DNA of 63,590 nucleotides, counting the filler, from Octopus bimaculoides (taxonomy: Eukaryota), in NCBI RefSeq assembly GCF_001194135.2. It is 4 parts of 3 records of this genome, joined end to end, with 100 filler letters (N's around TTAATTAATTAA, not from the genome) between each part and the next. Parts side by side here need not be neighbours in the genome. Positions count along the whole stretch, not along the records: positions 25,408 to 53,715 come from NC_068995.1; 3 more parts are not named here. One strand, 5' to 3'. Position numbers and translations under genes: made by a program. A model generated the notes under the pieces. The model did not search any database and was not told the DNA's origin. It saw only the letters and a list, made by a program, of their open reading frames with translations. Positions 25,408 through 38,232 of the stretch are shown piece after piece; within the stretch, counting starts at the first letter, position 1; each line of letters opens with the position of its first letter.

Positions 25408-26152
25408 TGTATACACACACTCACAGAGTCGTACAGTACGTACGCAAACGCATACATAGAAACGAATGTTGACAGGACACACACACAAACACACAGAAAT
25501 GCATAAAGGAAGCACATAGAAGTAGAAAGTCTGGCTGACAGAATGATATGAAAGCATAAGTACACAGATGTATGTATATATACATATAGACACATGTAGA
25601 AGAATCTGACAGATTGAGATTAGACCGACACAAATCTGCATTCGCAGATACACACACACACACACGTTCACGAAGGACAGACATAAATACACAAAGAATA
25701 CAATGTTCCAAATTCATATAGTCGTGTGTGTATACATACATACATACAATATACTGTGTGTGTGTGTGTGTGATGCGTTGTGTATGTATATGTATATATA
25801 TGCATCTCCTTACCTATCTATATAATTATGTATATAATTATAAAGGGTTGCAGGTTAGGTGTGTGTATGTACTTACACACACACACATACACGTATATAT
25901 TGTGTGTAATGTGTATGTTTGTATATGTAGTGAGTATAATGCAAATGTAATGTATACAATATATGTGGGGAGTGTATGTGTGTGTATGTGTAGACTACGT
26001 GTGTGTGCGTGGCCGAGTGGTTAAAGCAGTTCTTATTGCAATCGGTAAGGCCTTATTTCGATCCCACCACATGACATTTTGAGTAAATGTCTTTTACCGT
26101 AGCCTTATATAGATCTGAAATTGTGTGTAAGCCCGATGAATGGGTTGTAACT

Positions 26153-26263
26153 CAGGGGCTTAGCAAAAGGTTCTCAGAAATTGGGCGGGCGTAAACTTTG
26201 TGCCCCTTCACACCTGCTCCTTGGGGAGACTGTCCCCTCTCGCCTCCCTTGCTATAACGTCTG
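26153..26263. mobile_element. Possible short hAT-like MITE inside a SINE
   Basis: Ends CAGGGGCTTAGCAA / TTGCTATAACGTCTG resemble CAGGGGCGTAGC-type TIRs; only a weak 8-bp TSD. Confidence 0.3.
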
Positions 26264-26360
26264 CTGTAATGGCAATTCAAAGGGCTAACTTTGTCACTAT
26301 GTCATGTCTGGGCACTTACGGTAAAGGTGCATGTGTCAGGAATACCCAAAATGTACGTTT

Positions 26361-26405
<45 letters not shown>

Positions 26406-26964
26406 GCGTGTGTGTGTACACACTACGCACGCACGCATTCACACCCACACATATACATACATTTATGAATGTACCTTAATATTGTCAGTTGAGCTTTTTC
26501 CCTCTCTTAGTGATTCATTTTTCAACTTGTCTTTCTAATGCAGTGCTTTGCAGGCGCCTGCAAACTCAAATCTGATATTGCAGTCACTGACGTCTTTCTC
26601 TCATCTTTCACTCTGCTGCATTCATCTTAACATACTGGCTGAATCTCCATATTGTTTTGTGCATACAGCTGCACTGATGCTAAGATTCCATCCGCAGTAT
26701 ATGGGTAAGTGAGAAGCAGGTCGTTCGCAAGTCTTACAGCCTAGCTTGATCCTGTAGTGTCCGATAGCACTATTTGCTCTTCGCTTCACAGGGTGACTCT
26801 TAGCTTATCCTATTCTACCTTTTCTTCTTTCATTCCTTCTTTCCTTTCTTAGTTACAGTGATCTGGAGTCATTTCTAAACTTCTAGATGAAAAGAAGTAT
26901 CCATCAATGGGGGAATAGCTCTTGCCCTACTCCTTTCCTATCCCTGATGATATTTCAATCAATC

Positions 26965-27380
26965 ATCATCATCATCATTTAACGTCCGCTTTCCATGCTA
27001 GCATGGGTTGGACGATTTGACTGAGGACTGGTGAAACCAGATGGCTACACCAGGCTCCAATCTGATCTGGCAGAGTTTCTACAGCTGGATACCCTTCCTA
27101 ACGCCAACCACTCCAAGAGTGTAGTGGATGCTTTTACGTGCCACCGGCACGAAGGCCAGTCAGGTGGTACTGGCAACGGCCACGCTCAAAATGGTGTATT
27201 TTATGTGCCACCCACACAAGAGCAATCTAGGGGCACTGGCAAAGATCTCACTCGAAAATCCTTACACATGTCACGGGCACAAGTGCCAGAAAGGTGACGC
27301 TGGGCACAGGTGCTATCCCGATTTCGCTTTTGCTTGCCCCAATAAGTCTTCGCAAGCTGAGTTTCCAAGGGAAAGTCAAA
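26965..27380 (-). mobile_element. 3' UTR fragment of an RTE-clade LINE with (ATG)n tail
   Basis: CATCATCATTTAACGTCCGCTTTCCATGCTAGCATGGGTTGG... is the same sequence that is joined to the RTE RT at 54525-55418. Other copies at 42270-42590, 43303-43535 (opposite orientation), 56071-56356 and 59510-59576. Confidence 0.8.
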
Positions 27381-28329
27381 GGCTGATACAGCTTGGTAGC
27401 AGTGATGTTGCAACTCATTTCTACAACTGATGGAACTGGAACAACAGGAAATAAAGTGTCCTGCTCAAGAGCGCAACACACAGCTCAGTTGGGGAACTGA
27501 ACTCACTACCTCATGATTGTGAGCCCAATACTCTAACCACAGAACGATGCACCTTGTGCCTATAATAGAAAGGATATTTTATTGTTGTTGACTGAGACCT
27601 CTGATTGAGGATAGTCCTCCTGTGATCATCTTGTCTTCTCACACTGTGTCTTTCAGACCACATGATTTAATGTGCTTCGGTAGATTTAGTTTCTAATTCT
27701 ACCAGGATGAACAACCTTGTATAACTTTAGAAGAAAGACAATGTAAGTGAGAGGTGCCAAATATTTTAATCAACATGTTTTTATGGTAAAGATCTCAAAA
27801 CCCCTTTTCATATGAAAATAATTCAAGGTGACAATTAGAAAAAGTTACAATAGGGAATGTACCCAACTAGCATCAACTCTTTACAGACAATAATTAAAAA
27901 AAAAAAAAAAAAGGCTAAACATTATTTGGTCCAAGAACAAGGGATTAGCGCTTATATGCCTTTCAGCTCCTCTCAGACAGGTGAAATTTGATGCATGGTG
28001 TTCTGTGGGTTGATATCTGTAAGGAAAGTATGAGTAAGAAGGGAATTCCAGTCCCAAAGGGATGCAATTCTTGGGAAGAATGATGAGAGAAGAAACAAAA
28101 ATAGCTTTGCTTTGATATTTGTAGGGTTATCAAATATTTACTCCGGTTTATAGATCAAAGTCGCTGTGCTTTACAAATATATTACGTTTTGTTGCAAGAA
28201 GGGACCAAAAACAGTTGATGCACTTTCCTCAAATTTTTCAGATCTCAGTCTGCTAATGAATAGAAGATCTTGTTCCAGTTTCTATCTATAGAATAGCTGA
28301 GCCACTCTAATATCATGTAAAAAATTTTC

Positions 28330-28720
28330 AAGAAACATGGCTGTGTGGTTAAGAGATTTGTTCTGCAACCACACAGTTTTAGATTCAGTTTTACTGCATT
28401 GTACCTTGAGCAAGTGTCTTCTCCATCCTCAAGCCTGACCAATGTACTGTGAGTGAATTTGGTAAATGGAAACAGTATGGAAGCTTATCATGTGTGTGTG
28501 TGCATCTTTGCATCTCTGCTCCACTGCTTGACAACTAGTTTGAGGTTGTTTATGTCTCCACAACATCGCAGCTCAGCAAAAAGAAACTGATAGAATATAT
28601 ACCAGACACAGCGTAAGTAATGGGATTGATTGGTTTGACTAAACCCTTGAACCTGGTGTCCCAGAGTAGCTACAGTCCAATGATTGAAACAAGCTGAAGA
28701 ATAAAAGACTTCTCAGAAAT
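28330..28720 (+). mobile_element. SINE family A copy, CpG-depleted
   Basis: Head, microsatellite and 3' part are recognisable; CpGs are converted to TG/CA. Confidence 0.75.
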
Positions 28721-29139
28721 GTTCTTAAGGAGCACCACCCCTTTGTCTTTTCTTCGAAGGTTTTCAGCAAATGAAATAAAATTCCCATTAGATAGGATAC
28801 TTGTCCATTATCATAGGAATCTTACATGATTCAATATTTATTTCTAAAAGCTAGGTGTATCTTTATTTACAATATAAAATAACAAAAAAAAAAAAAGAAA
28901 AAAAGTCTCCAGAGTCTGGAAGAGTCTGTAATATCAGGCATTTAATTCTAGTTCCATGCTGTTAAGCAAATGTGAGAAAATGCCCTTTGGATTGAAGATC
29001 AGCCTATCATAGGTAACATTCACATGATCTGGTATTTATTTCCAGTGAACTATGCAAATAAACAATCTACAATGTATTTGAAATGCTTGTAAGTTGATAA
29101 TGAAATCTTATATTGATGACTCAGCCATTTTGCTTCTTT

Positions 29140-29194
<55 letters not shown>

Positions 29195-29196
<2 letters not shown>

Positions 29197-29580
29197 TGGC
29201 AGTGGCTGTGGTAAGAAGTTAGCTACCCAACCATATGGTTCTGGGTTCAGTCTCATTGTGTAGCACCTTTAGCAAATGTCTTCTTTTATGGCCCTGGGCT
29301 GACCAAAGCCTTGTGAGCAGATTTGGTAGATGGAAACTGTAAGAAGTCCGTCACATATATGTATATATATACATATATCTGTTTGTATTCCCTCACCACC
29401 ACTTGACAACTGGTGTTGGTTTGTTGATGTCCCAGTAAATTGGCAGTTTGATGAAAGAGACTGATAGAATAAGTACCAGGTTTTAAAAAAAATGTCCTGG
29501 GGGTTGATTCTTTTGACTAAAAATTCTTCAAGGTGGTACCCCAGTATGGCCGCAGTCCAATGATTGAAGCAAGTAAATGA
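29195..29580 (+). mobile_element. SINE family A copy, CpG-depleted
   Basis: GGCTGTGGTAAGAAGTTAGCTACCCAACC...CCTGGGCTGACC. Confidence 0.8.
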
Positions 29581-31224
29581 CATAGCAAAAAGATCATACA
29601 TATATTGATAGGAATGTTCTATTTTTAGAATATTCCTATGAAAACACTCCTGCTAATGCAAACCAATTAAAAACACCTACATCGTCATCTGGGACGACTG
29701 TTTTGTTGTAAATGTCAGCTGTCCATTTTATATTGGTCTTGTGCAAAGTCAGGGAAAACAGGAAACATCCTCGGTGGACAGTTTGGTTTGGAATCAGCTG
29801 TTTGCATATTCATAGATTCATATTTGAGAAACAAACAATTAGAGAGAGACAGAGAGTATAGGTGCTAAGAGACAAATGCCAGGGGCAATCAGAAAGTTCT
29901 GATGTATATTATAAACTTCTACAGAAACAAGTAAAAACAGATAGGCTCCTAACAGCAGTTCTGTTCCATAAGTCCATTGTGTACCTTTTAATGTGTGTGG
30001 CTTAGTGGTTAAGGGTGTTCAGCTAATAATTTTGGGATGATGATGATGATGATGATTCTCAGTGGTGCGTTGTGTCCTTGAGCAAGACACTTTATTTCAT
30101 GTTGCTCCAGTTCCACTCAGCTGGCAAAAATGAATTGTACCTGTATTTCAAAGGGCCAAATCTTGTTGAATGCTGTATTATGCTGAATCTCCCTGGGAAC
30201 TACATTAAGGGTACATGTGTCTGTGGTGTGCTCAACCACTTTCTCGTTAATTTAACCAGCAGACTGTTCTGTTGACCAGGTTAACTAGAATTTTTGTCAT
30301 GGTAACTGACAGAGTGCCAGTGCCATTTTCAATCATTGGCACTGTTGATGATATTACCAAAAGGTGCTACAGTTATGCTACCAATCTAATCTATAGACAA
30401 GGCAGCAATAATATGAAGAATTTGCTGATGAAATTTACCTTGTGTCTCTTCACAACCAAAGGAGCCCTTCTATTGTTATTTGACCATAACCAAATCTCTC
30501 TCATAGCAGTCAATGAAGTCGTACAGACTGTTAATAGGTTTGGGTGGTCATAGATGGAATGTCTTTGATCATAACGTGTTGAATGTTGATGTTTACTTGG
30601 GGTTAAGCAACAACAAAAACATTGTTGCTGAGCTATTGAAGGAAGCTCTGTGTAATTACTCAGTCTGCTAGAAATAGCAGCCAGATCTATCACAAGTTAA
30701 ACCTTACAGTGACAATTCGATTCTTGATTCTTAGAGAGGGGCCAGTCCTTATTATATTGGATGCATTAAACAAAAGTACATACAGGTGTGTATCTGCATA
30801 TTTGTGTGTGTTTGTCTCTTTATGGGAACTTAGACATGTGTGTGAACTAGGCTATCATATTCCAGTTCACACACACACACACACACACACGTATGTATGT
30901 ATAACCTAACTGAAGCCTAACTATGTCTATGTGGTCAATCAAGCTACTAGAACTAGCAGCCAAAGTCCTTCATTATTTTCTACCTTCATAAAAAAAGACA
31001 CATATTTTAAATTATAGTTCTTACAGATACATTATAGCTGGAAACAAAAGAAAAGACAGGAAAGCCATGGCTAAGATGCCTTTTATCTTAGATACACTTG
31101 ACCGGGGCTGACCTGTGACTAAATGCCAACATCATAGCTTAATACACAAGCACTTTCATGCACAAACGTGTGTGTGTTTGTGTCTGTGATTCTGAATATC
31201 TGCAGTTTTCAAACTTTTACGAGT

Positions 31225-31337
31225 CCATATCTCATAGAATTGAAGCTGTAATTACCGCCAGAGGCAGTCCTACTCCATATTAGAATAAATTTGTTTGAAA
31301 TTTTAAGGTGTTTCCATTATTTTGTCCAACCCCTGTA
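31225..31337 (+). mobile_element. Tc1-family transposon 3' end
   Basis: Ends in ESISHRIEAVITARGSPTPY* (Tc1 C-terminus), followed by the TIR GGTGTTTCCATTATTTTGTCCAACCCCTG and TA. Confidence 0.8.
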
Positions 31338-33121
31338 CACACACACACATATATATAATATATATGTATATATATTTTCACATTGATGTATTTGTATGTG
31401 TATCTCCTCATTGTAGTTTCTCCCCCCTGTCTCTCTGCCCCTCTCTCTGTATTAGAAACTGATGCATAAGTGAAGATGGTTTCCTTGGGTTCACTTTGTT
31501 AAATTTCTGGTAACAACATTTAAAATAAGAAAAAATGTTAATTCACACTCCAGACTTTCCTCTCAGTTAATTTTTTTCACCTTTTAGTGCAAGATTTTCA
31601 TAAAAAAAGATTCCAAAATGAATACTATTAACCAGTTCAGTCTGCCACTGTATATATATATGTATGTGTGTGTGTTTTTTTGTGTGCATATACATGTGTG
31701 TTTGTGTCTGTGTGTATATTACATGTGTGTTTGTGTCTGTGTGTATATTACATGTGTGTGTGTGTATATACGTGTGTGTTTGTGTAAGTAGCACAGTATT
31801 GAAGTATGGCTGAATGGTTAAGAAGTTTGTTTCACAGCCAGGTGACTCCTGGTTCTATACGAATGCATGGCATCTTGGGCAGCTGACATATTCTATAGTC
31901 TTGAGTCAGCCCATGACTTGTGCGTGAAATTGGGGTTAGATTGAAACTGTTTAAAAGCCCATCAAATGGATTGCACCTGTGATTCAAAGACCAACTTTGC
32001 CATGCAGTATTCATGCTGATTCCATCTGAAAATTACGTTGAGGGTGCAGCTGCCTATGCAGTAAAATGATATGGTAATTCAAAGAGGCTACTAGTTCAGT
32101 TGTGGGAACTACTGAGAACTCATGGTTAGATAATATGAATGATCCATTCCATTGTGTATGTATGTGTGTATTATATATTATATATATATAGTTATTGTTT
32201 TCATGTAGATGGTGTCTGATTATTTTTTTCTTAAAATATTCTAATGTTCTATACTAACATGTGCGAAACATTATACATTTACTTGGTGATTCTTCAACAT
32301 TACTTTGGAAGATACTGTGAAGTCTATGCTTCACTGAAGAGATCTAACGAGGCTAAAACATGCTTGGAGTTGTCTTTTGTATTTGCTGGGATAATTAAAA
32401 TAATATTAAGCATTGACTATAATGTAATCTTTTCAGTTTTCTCTCATTTTTGTAATCAATGAAATTCAATGCAATTCCATTATCCAAGCCCTTCACGATC
32501 TATCAGTCTCCAATGCATAAAGCTGGAAGAAATTACAATGCTGATTGGAAAATAAGCCAGACTTAGGAACTGTAATAAGAAACGAGCAACATTATTCCAT
32601 GTGCATTATGATGGCAGTTTTCTTTGTGACAAAAGACAATGAGTAAGAGTGACCCCCCCCGTCAAGTGATTATGTAAACCAATCCTTGACACTGCAGGGT
32701 TTTTCTTCCTGCCTGCACTTAGCAGCATTAAAGTGGGGTCAGTCTGTGCAATTCATTCTCACTTGTTAGACTTGGGAGGCACGTGGCTTAGTGGTTAGGG
32801 TGTTGGGCACGTGATCGTAAGAGTGTGGTTTCAGTTCCTGGACCAGATAACAAGTTGCATTCTTGAGCCAAATGCTTCGTATCACGTTAGTCTAGTCCAC
32901 TCAGCTGGGAAAAATGAGTAATCCTGCAACAGACTGGCGTCCCGAGCAAAGCAAAGAGGGGTTAGATGATGGCGGTGGTGTTTTCAAAGGGATAGCATGT
33001 GTAACCTGATCACCTCTTCCGATCAAACTCCCAACCCATGCGCTCCAGTTGCAACACTGATTCTGCCCAAATTTGACGTCATGTTACTTAGTTTGGTTTG
33101 AAATAAAGATCNNNNNNNNNN

Positions 33122-33228
33122 TTCTGCCCAAATTTGACGTCATGTTACTTAGTTTGGTTTGAAATAAAGATCTTGATAAGCTTAATAATCCCAACTTAAT
33201 CCCGGGCAAAGCCGGGCTATACTGCTAG

Positions 33229-33229
<1 letters not shown>
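33122..33229 (+). mobile_element. Helitron-type 3' terminus
   Basis: Hairpin CCCGG-GCAAAG-CCGGG (33201-33216), 8 nt, then CTAG (33225-33228) followed by T. Confidence 0.65.
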
Positions 33230-33262
<33 letters not shown>

Positions 33263-33477
33263 CACGAGCGCTGGTATGGAATGTGCCCAGTATTGAACAT
33301 AAAGATTCAATACACCTGTTATATCGAATACTGTACATGCACCTTTGATGAGTTGCAGTGCACCTGAGCATTATACACAATAATTTCATTATCAATATTA
33401 TTAAGCAAAAGGTCCCATGGAGAGCTTATCGTTTTACTTCGTCCAGTAGATAAGTTATATATATATATATATTGTCT

Positions 33478-33508
<31 letters not shown>

Positions 33509-33599
33509 GTGGTGCATCAGCATGGCCGCAGCTCTGAGCTGAAACTTTGAAATGAAATGAAATACATATATATATATGTATATATATATTGTTTATGTG

Positions 33600-34200
33600 C
33601 GCGTATGTATGTGTGAAAGTTCATACAGTCATACACTCGCATTGTTCACACTGAGAGACTTTCTCCCCCTCCGCTCCTCCTACATGATACTACAGACATT
33701 ACACACGTCGAACGAAGTGTCGAGTTTGTGGTGGCGGCGGCGGTGTGTTGCAAGCTGTCTGGTGTAAAAATGTTTTGCGACAGTACATTTTTAACCATCA
33801 TTACTTAGTACTGTGTGAAACGAACGACTCACTTCCACATATTTTTCTTTATCTAATTCGAAATAAAATACACCACACACGTTTGCAATATATATGCGCG
33901 CGCGCTAGAAGTGGCACCCGAATCTCACTCGGCTGTGTTCTTACCCATCCTACCATCTTCAAAAGAAAAAAAAGAAGAAAAGAACAAAAACAAGTCGAGA
34001 TACAAATTGGATGACTATATCTGAAAAATAGTAATTTTCTAAATTCCTTCGGCGGGATTGACACATCTGGGGTGTCTTGGGTCACAGACGTGTCCACTTA
34101 ATCAGAGTTGAATTTGGGCGGCTATTGTCTTAATTTATAAACCCTTATGTATTCTCCACGTGATTATTTCTTCATCACCATTATTGTTATTATTATTATT
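33600..34200. promoter_or_regulatory. CpG-retaining promoter/first-exon-like region
   Basis: Unique sequence rich in CpG (GGCGGCGGCGG, TGCGCGCGCGC) between two CpG-depleted blocks. Strong minus-strand donor-like sites GAA|GTGAGT (33833/33832) and TGG|GTAAGA (33945/33944). Confidence 0.4.
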
Positions 34201-37154
34201 TTTATTAGTTTTTCATCACCATTATTATTATTATTATGATTAATTAATTATCTGCGTGGATTGTTTTACGAAGTGAAAAAGCGATTGGGGCGGAAAACGC
34301 GCACAAAAGACAAAGAAAAAAGTAAACAAATAAAAAAAAACAACAACAAACAAACACTTAAAAATTTGCGTGTAGATCCTCGTGATCAGCCTTGGAATGA
34401 CTGGCTCCTTCTGTTAAAAATCAATATTAACTTGGAAAATCACTAGTACTTGTTGCTATTGTTGTTGTTTTTGCCGTTATTTAGCCCCAGGTCGTCTGTG
34501 ATCGAGCTGGTTTATTATGTTCCAAGCTCTTTTATTCAAGCAGTATATATTTAAAGCTATGACAGTATTTTGTGATGTGTCCTACATGGTTTTAAAGACA
34601 ACAGAGGATGATTTGTCTGCTATTTCTAGCTGCTCGAGCGTCCATGTAGAAGCTTTCTCTTCAGCTCGTAATTTACATGTTTCTTATTGTTGTTTGGCAA
34701 CACAGGTCAGCTCTAATCGAGCAGTCCTATGTTTCAGCCGTGACCATCTTGTCTTTTATAACTGGGCAAAATCTTTAGCAGAATTTTTCAGACCTGAAGT
34801 TCGAATTCCGCCGAAATCGACTTTGCCGTTCACCCTTTCGGGGTCAATAAAATAAGTATCAGTTAAGTATTGGGGGTCAATGACATCAATTAACTCCTTT
34901 CCCTAAAAAATTTCAGGCGTTCCTATCTAAAAAGGAGTTTTATTATTTTTGAAGTTTTCCAGACAATATACATATCTTGTGTTAGGGCCTCAACTGTTGA
35001 ATGGAACCATAGGTGTGCTGTCGCGAAATACAGCGTTTTGGGGGCATATTTGAAGTTTGGGAAAGGCCTTCCCGTTCATGTTAGACCATAGTCGTTTTCT
35101 CCTAGAAGAAACAGAAGAACCGACAATCAAAACGGAGCTGAAAGAACAAGAAACGAACTTGATTGTATCTAGAAGTAGATACACTCTGTTCTTTCTAAGT
35201 ACTTTAGACTTTTTAAAATTACTTGTCAAGTACTGTGATTGATTTGAACGACTATCACCTTCTATTCCTAACATTTGAGGTTATTCTTCGTAGATTGGTC
35301 ATTGTTATTATTATATCTTCTGAATTTAAATGTATCTTCTAAATTTAAATCGCGCCGAATTATTTTTGCATTTAGCTTTTCAGGGTCGGTAGATTTAAGT
35401 ACCAATCATATACTGGGATCAATGGCATCCACTAACCAGCCTCCCCATCTTTAAGAATTGCTAGCCTTGTGTCTAAAATTAGAAACAATTCTTATTGTAT
35501 CGCAGTATCTATTTTGTTTTGTCCAATTCAGTGTTTCAGCACCGCCACTATCGACATAATATACAAACCTTTTTCCTAAGGGGACTCATTTAGCACGTGC
35601 TTGTGTCTACGCATTTCCTGTGCTTGCATTTCTTTCTTTGTGCGCGTGTACACACACACACACACAGTGGAAGCTTCGTATTGATAACTTTGGGGTGGGA
35701 CCATAAGTTTGATCACATTAAGTAGTGGATATAGCATAACAGTAACCTGCCGAACCGTTAAGTTACGGGGACGTAAACACACCAGCATCGGTTGTCAAGC
35801 GATGTTGTGTGTGTGTGTGTGTGTGTGTGTGTGGGGCAAACACAGACACACACATGTAGCAACCTCAGCTCAAATCTGCGGCCATGCTGGGGTGGCTGTA
35901 TGTATGTACGGATGGATGTGTATAGGCTTATGCATTCTGGATCTTGATAAAGTCTTTGTGTCATTAAAAATTTTTATAACTTTAATTCTATATATGGAAG
36001 AATTAAATCGTAACCTCACCCCCTCAACCAAAAAACAAAAGACATTTAGAAACTCGCATCTATTTTATCAATGTCAATCACATAAATATTACAGATGCTT
36101 ATTAATTTTTTCGGAGGTTTGGAAACACTCGTCTTGTAAACCACAGGGATCACGAGTTCGTTTCTCATTGGGGACTTTGAACGCTGCCCCAGTTTGGCAG
36201 CAATTCATAGACTGAAACAAGATAAAATGGTAACTTTGTTTTTAATTTACGGGATAAACATCTCGTACAGTCGGTGACTTGCGAGCTAAGATATGTATGA
36301 TTCAGAGTAAAGTTGGAAATCAGCTACAAAATCTATTTTGAGAACTTCAAAATAACATCATGGTTTTGTATATGTGTAATGACAATGGATATATTGTAAA
36401 TTAACAACATCAAGAATATATCTATTTAAAAACATAAAATCAATTCTTTTACTTCTTTTCACGGGCAGATTAATTTTATCATGTATAGAATTAAAGTTGT
36501 ACACAAACTTAAAATTACATAGCGATTTTGACTTAATACATTGACACACATGTCCGTTCGTGGATACATTTATGCATATTCTATTTGTGTATATATATTT
36601 GTTTGTACGTACATCATAATCAGAGGCCTTATAATTATAGCAGTGGGTTTTTTAGGGAATTAAATTCGTAACACTGTTTCGAACCCGAGTAGAAACACAC
36701 AGAGAGGCACAACGGTAATGTGTTTTGTTCAACTTGGTTTCGAACCCATGTAGAAACCAACGACACGCGCGTTCACGTGTTTATTCAATTGTCTTGTCAA
36801 GCTAGCAAGCTAAGTAATGCTGACGCATTTTCACGTGATGCCAACTAAAGATATGAAGTGCGTGTTTAGTATGAGGGTATTTATGTGCAAAAACTACATG
36901 CGATGCAGCAACGAACATAACTAAACGTATATAGTATCTATGAAGGTTATCTGCGTGTATGTTAGAATTGTAAAGTATTAAAGTACTTTCTATGTAGTGT
37001 AAACATTATATGATATAAAACTCAATAGAGTTGTGAACAGTCTAGCCAAGGGCGAAACGCAGTATAATGTCGGTTTTTACTATGATAAACAGTGTGTGTG
37101 TGTGTGTGTGTGCTAGTTTAAATTTATTTTAATAATGCACTTCTAAGGATAATA

Positions 37155-37510
37155 GGCGCATGAGTGGCTGTGTGGTAGGTAGCTTGCTGACCAACCACAG
37201 TGGTTCTGGGTTCATTCCCACTGCGTGGCACCTTGGGCAAGTGTCTTCTACTATAGCCTTGGGCCGACCAAAGCCTTGTGAGTGGATTCGGTAGACGGAA
37301 ACTGAAAGAAGCCCGTCGTATATATATATNNNNNNNNNNCTTGACAACCGATGGTGGTGTGTTTGCGTCCCCTGTAACTTAGCAGTTCGGCAAAAGAGAC
37401 CGATAGAATAAGTACTAGGCTTACAAAGAATAAGTCCTGGGGTCGATTTGCTCGACTAAAGGCAGTGCTCCAGCGTGGCCGCAGTCAAATGAGTGAAACA
37501 AGTAAAGAGA
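37155..37510 (+). mobile_element. SINE family A copy, CpG largely retained
   Basis: ...GGGCCGACC...GGTAGACGGAAACTGAAAGAAGCCCGTCGTATA. Confidence 0.85.
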
Positions 37511-38085
37511 GTATTTACTAGTGGTGTGAGTGTACCCTTAGTAGTCAAATTATTGTGGAGTTGATCTTCCCTTTGTGTGTGTGTATCCAACCCATGCCAG
37601 CATGGAAAACAGACGTTAACTGATGATGATATAATAACACAGACCAAATTGTTTATGAATAAAATTTCAGTTTTTTATTTTTAGTGTTTTACAACTTTGC
37701 CGCTGTACTTTGAATATTCACTGTTAATTTTACATTCCAAGTTCAAATCCCACCAGAGTCATCTTTTATTTTTTATCCTACCAGGGTTGATAAGATATGT
37801 ACCAGCATGGGCCCTCAAAAATTTCGGGTTGGTGTCCGACATGCAGGGGGTGAGGCAGCTCTTAACTTTTGTTGAAGCATTGCCTCTAAAACCTGCTTCA
37901 AAGCCAAGCTATGTCTGTTCCAATAATCAGTGTTGACTTTGTCAGTAAATCCACTGCAATGGCAAGATGAGCTGCTTTGGATCACACTATCCCAAAGAGT
38001 GACCTGGGACCACGCGTGAACTTGTGTTCGCACTAAAACTCCAAACAGGAACTCTACACCTCCACAACGAACAACAACTACAGCT

Positions 38086-38232
38086 ATGGCATCTGCACTA
38101 TCTGATGTGCATATTCTCCCACTGGAGCATTTATTTATCAAATTTGCAAGCTGGACCTTTGCTTTGGATGTGGATAGCATTTGTGAAGAATGTGTTGAAT
38201 CCGTTGGTTATCGTTGGCTCAGCGCACCTCTG
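38086..38232 (+). CDS. Candidate first coding exon (49 codons, MASALSDVHILPLEHLF...WLSAPL), gene unassigned
   Basis: ATG in GCTATGG context, open frame, ends at CTG|GTGAGT. Unique non-repeat sequence at the edge of the CpG-retaining island; no homology recognised. Confidence 0.3.

Noticed and set aside
27031-27430. Recurrent ORFs MKPDG(Y/N)TRLQS.LAEFLQLD found at 27.0, 43.4 and 54.6 kb
   Set aside because: Antisense translations of the RTE 3' UTR repeat, not a gene family.
33061-33172. 51-bp direct repeat around a 10-N gap
   Set aside because: Identical copies on either side of a minimal gap are typical of unmerged contig overlap.
35057-35242. 61-aa ORF with an acidic stretch (LEETEEPTIKTELKEQET)
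   Set aside because: No homology recognised and no good donor site; insufficient support.
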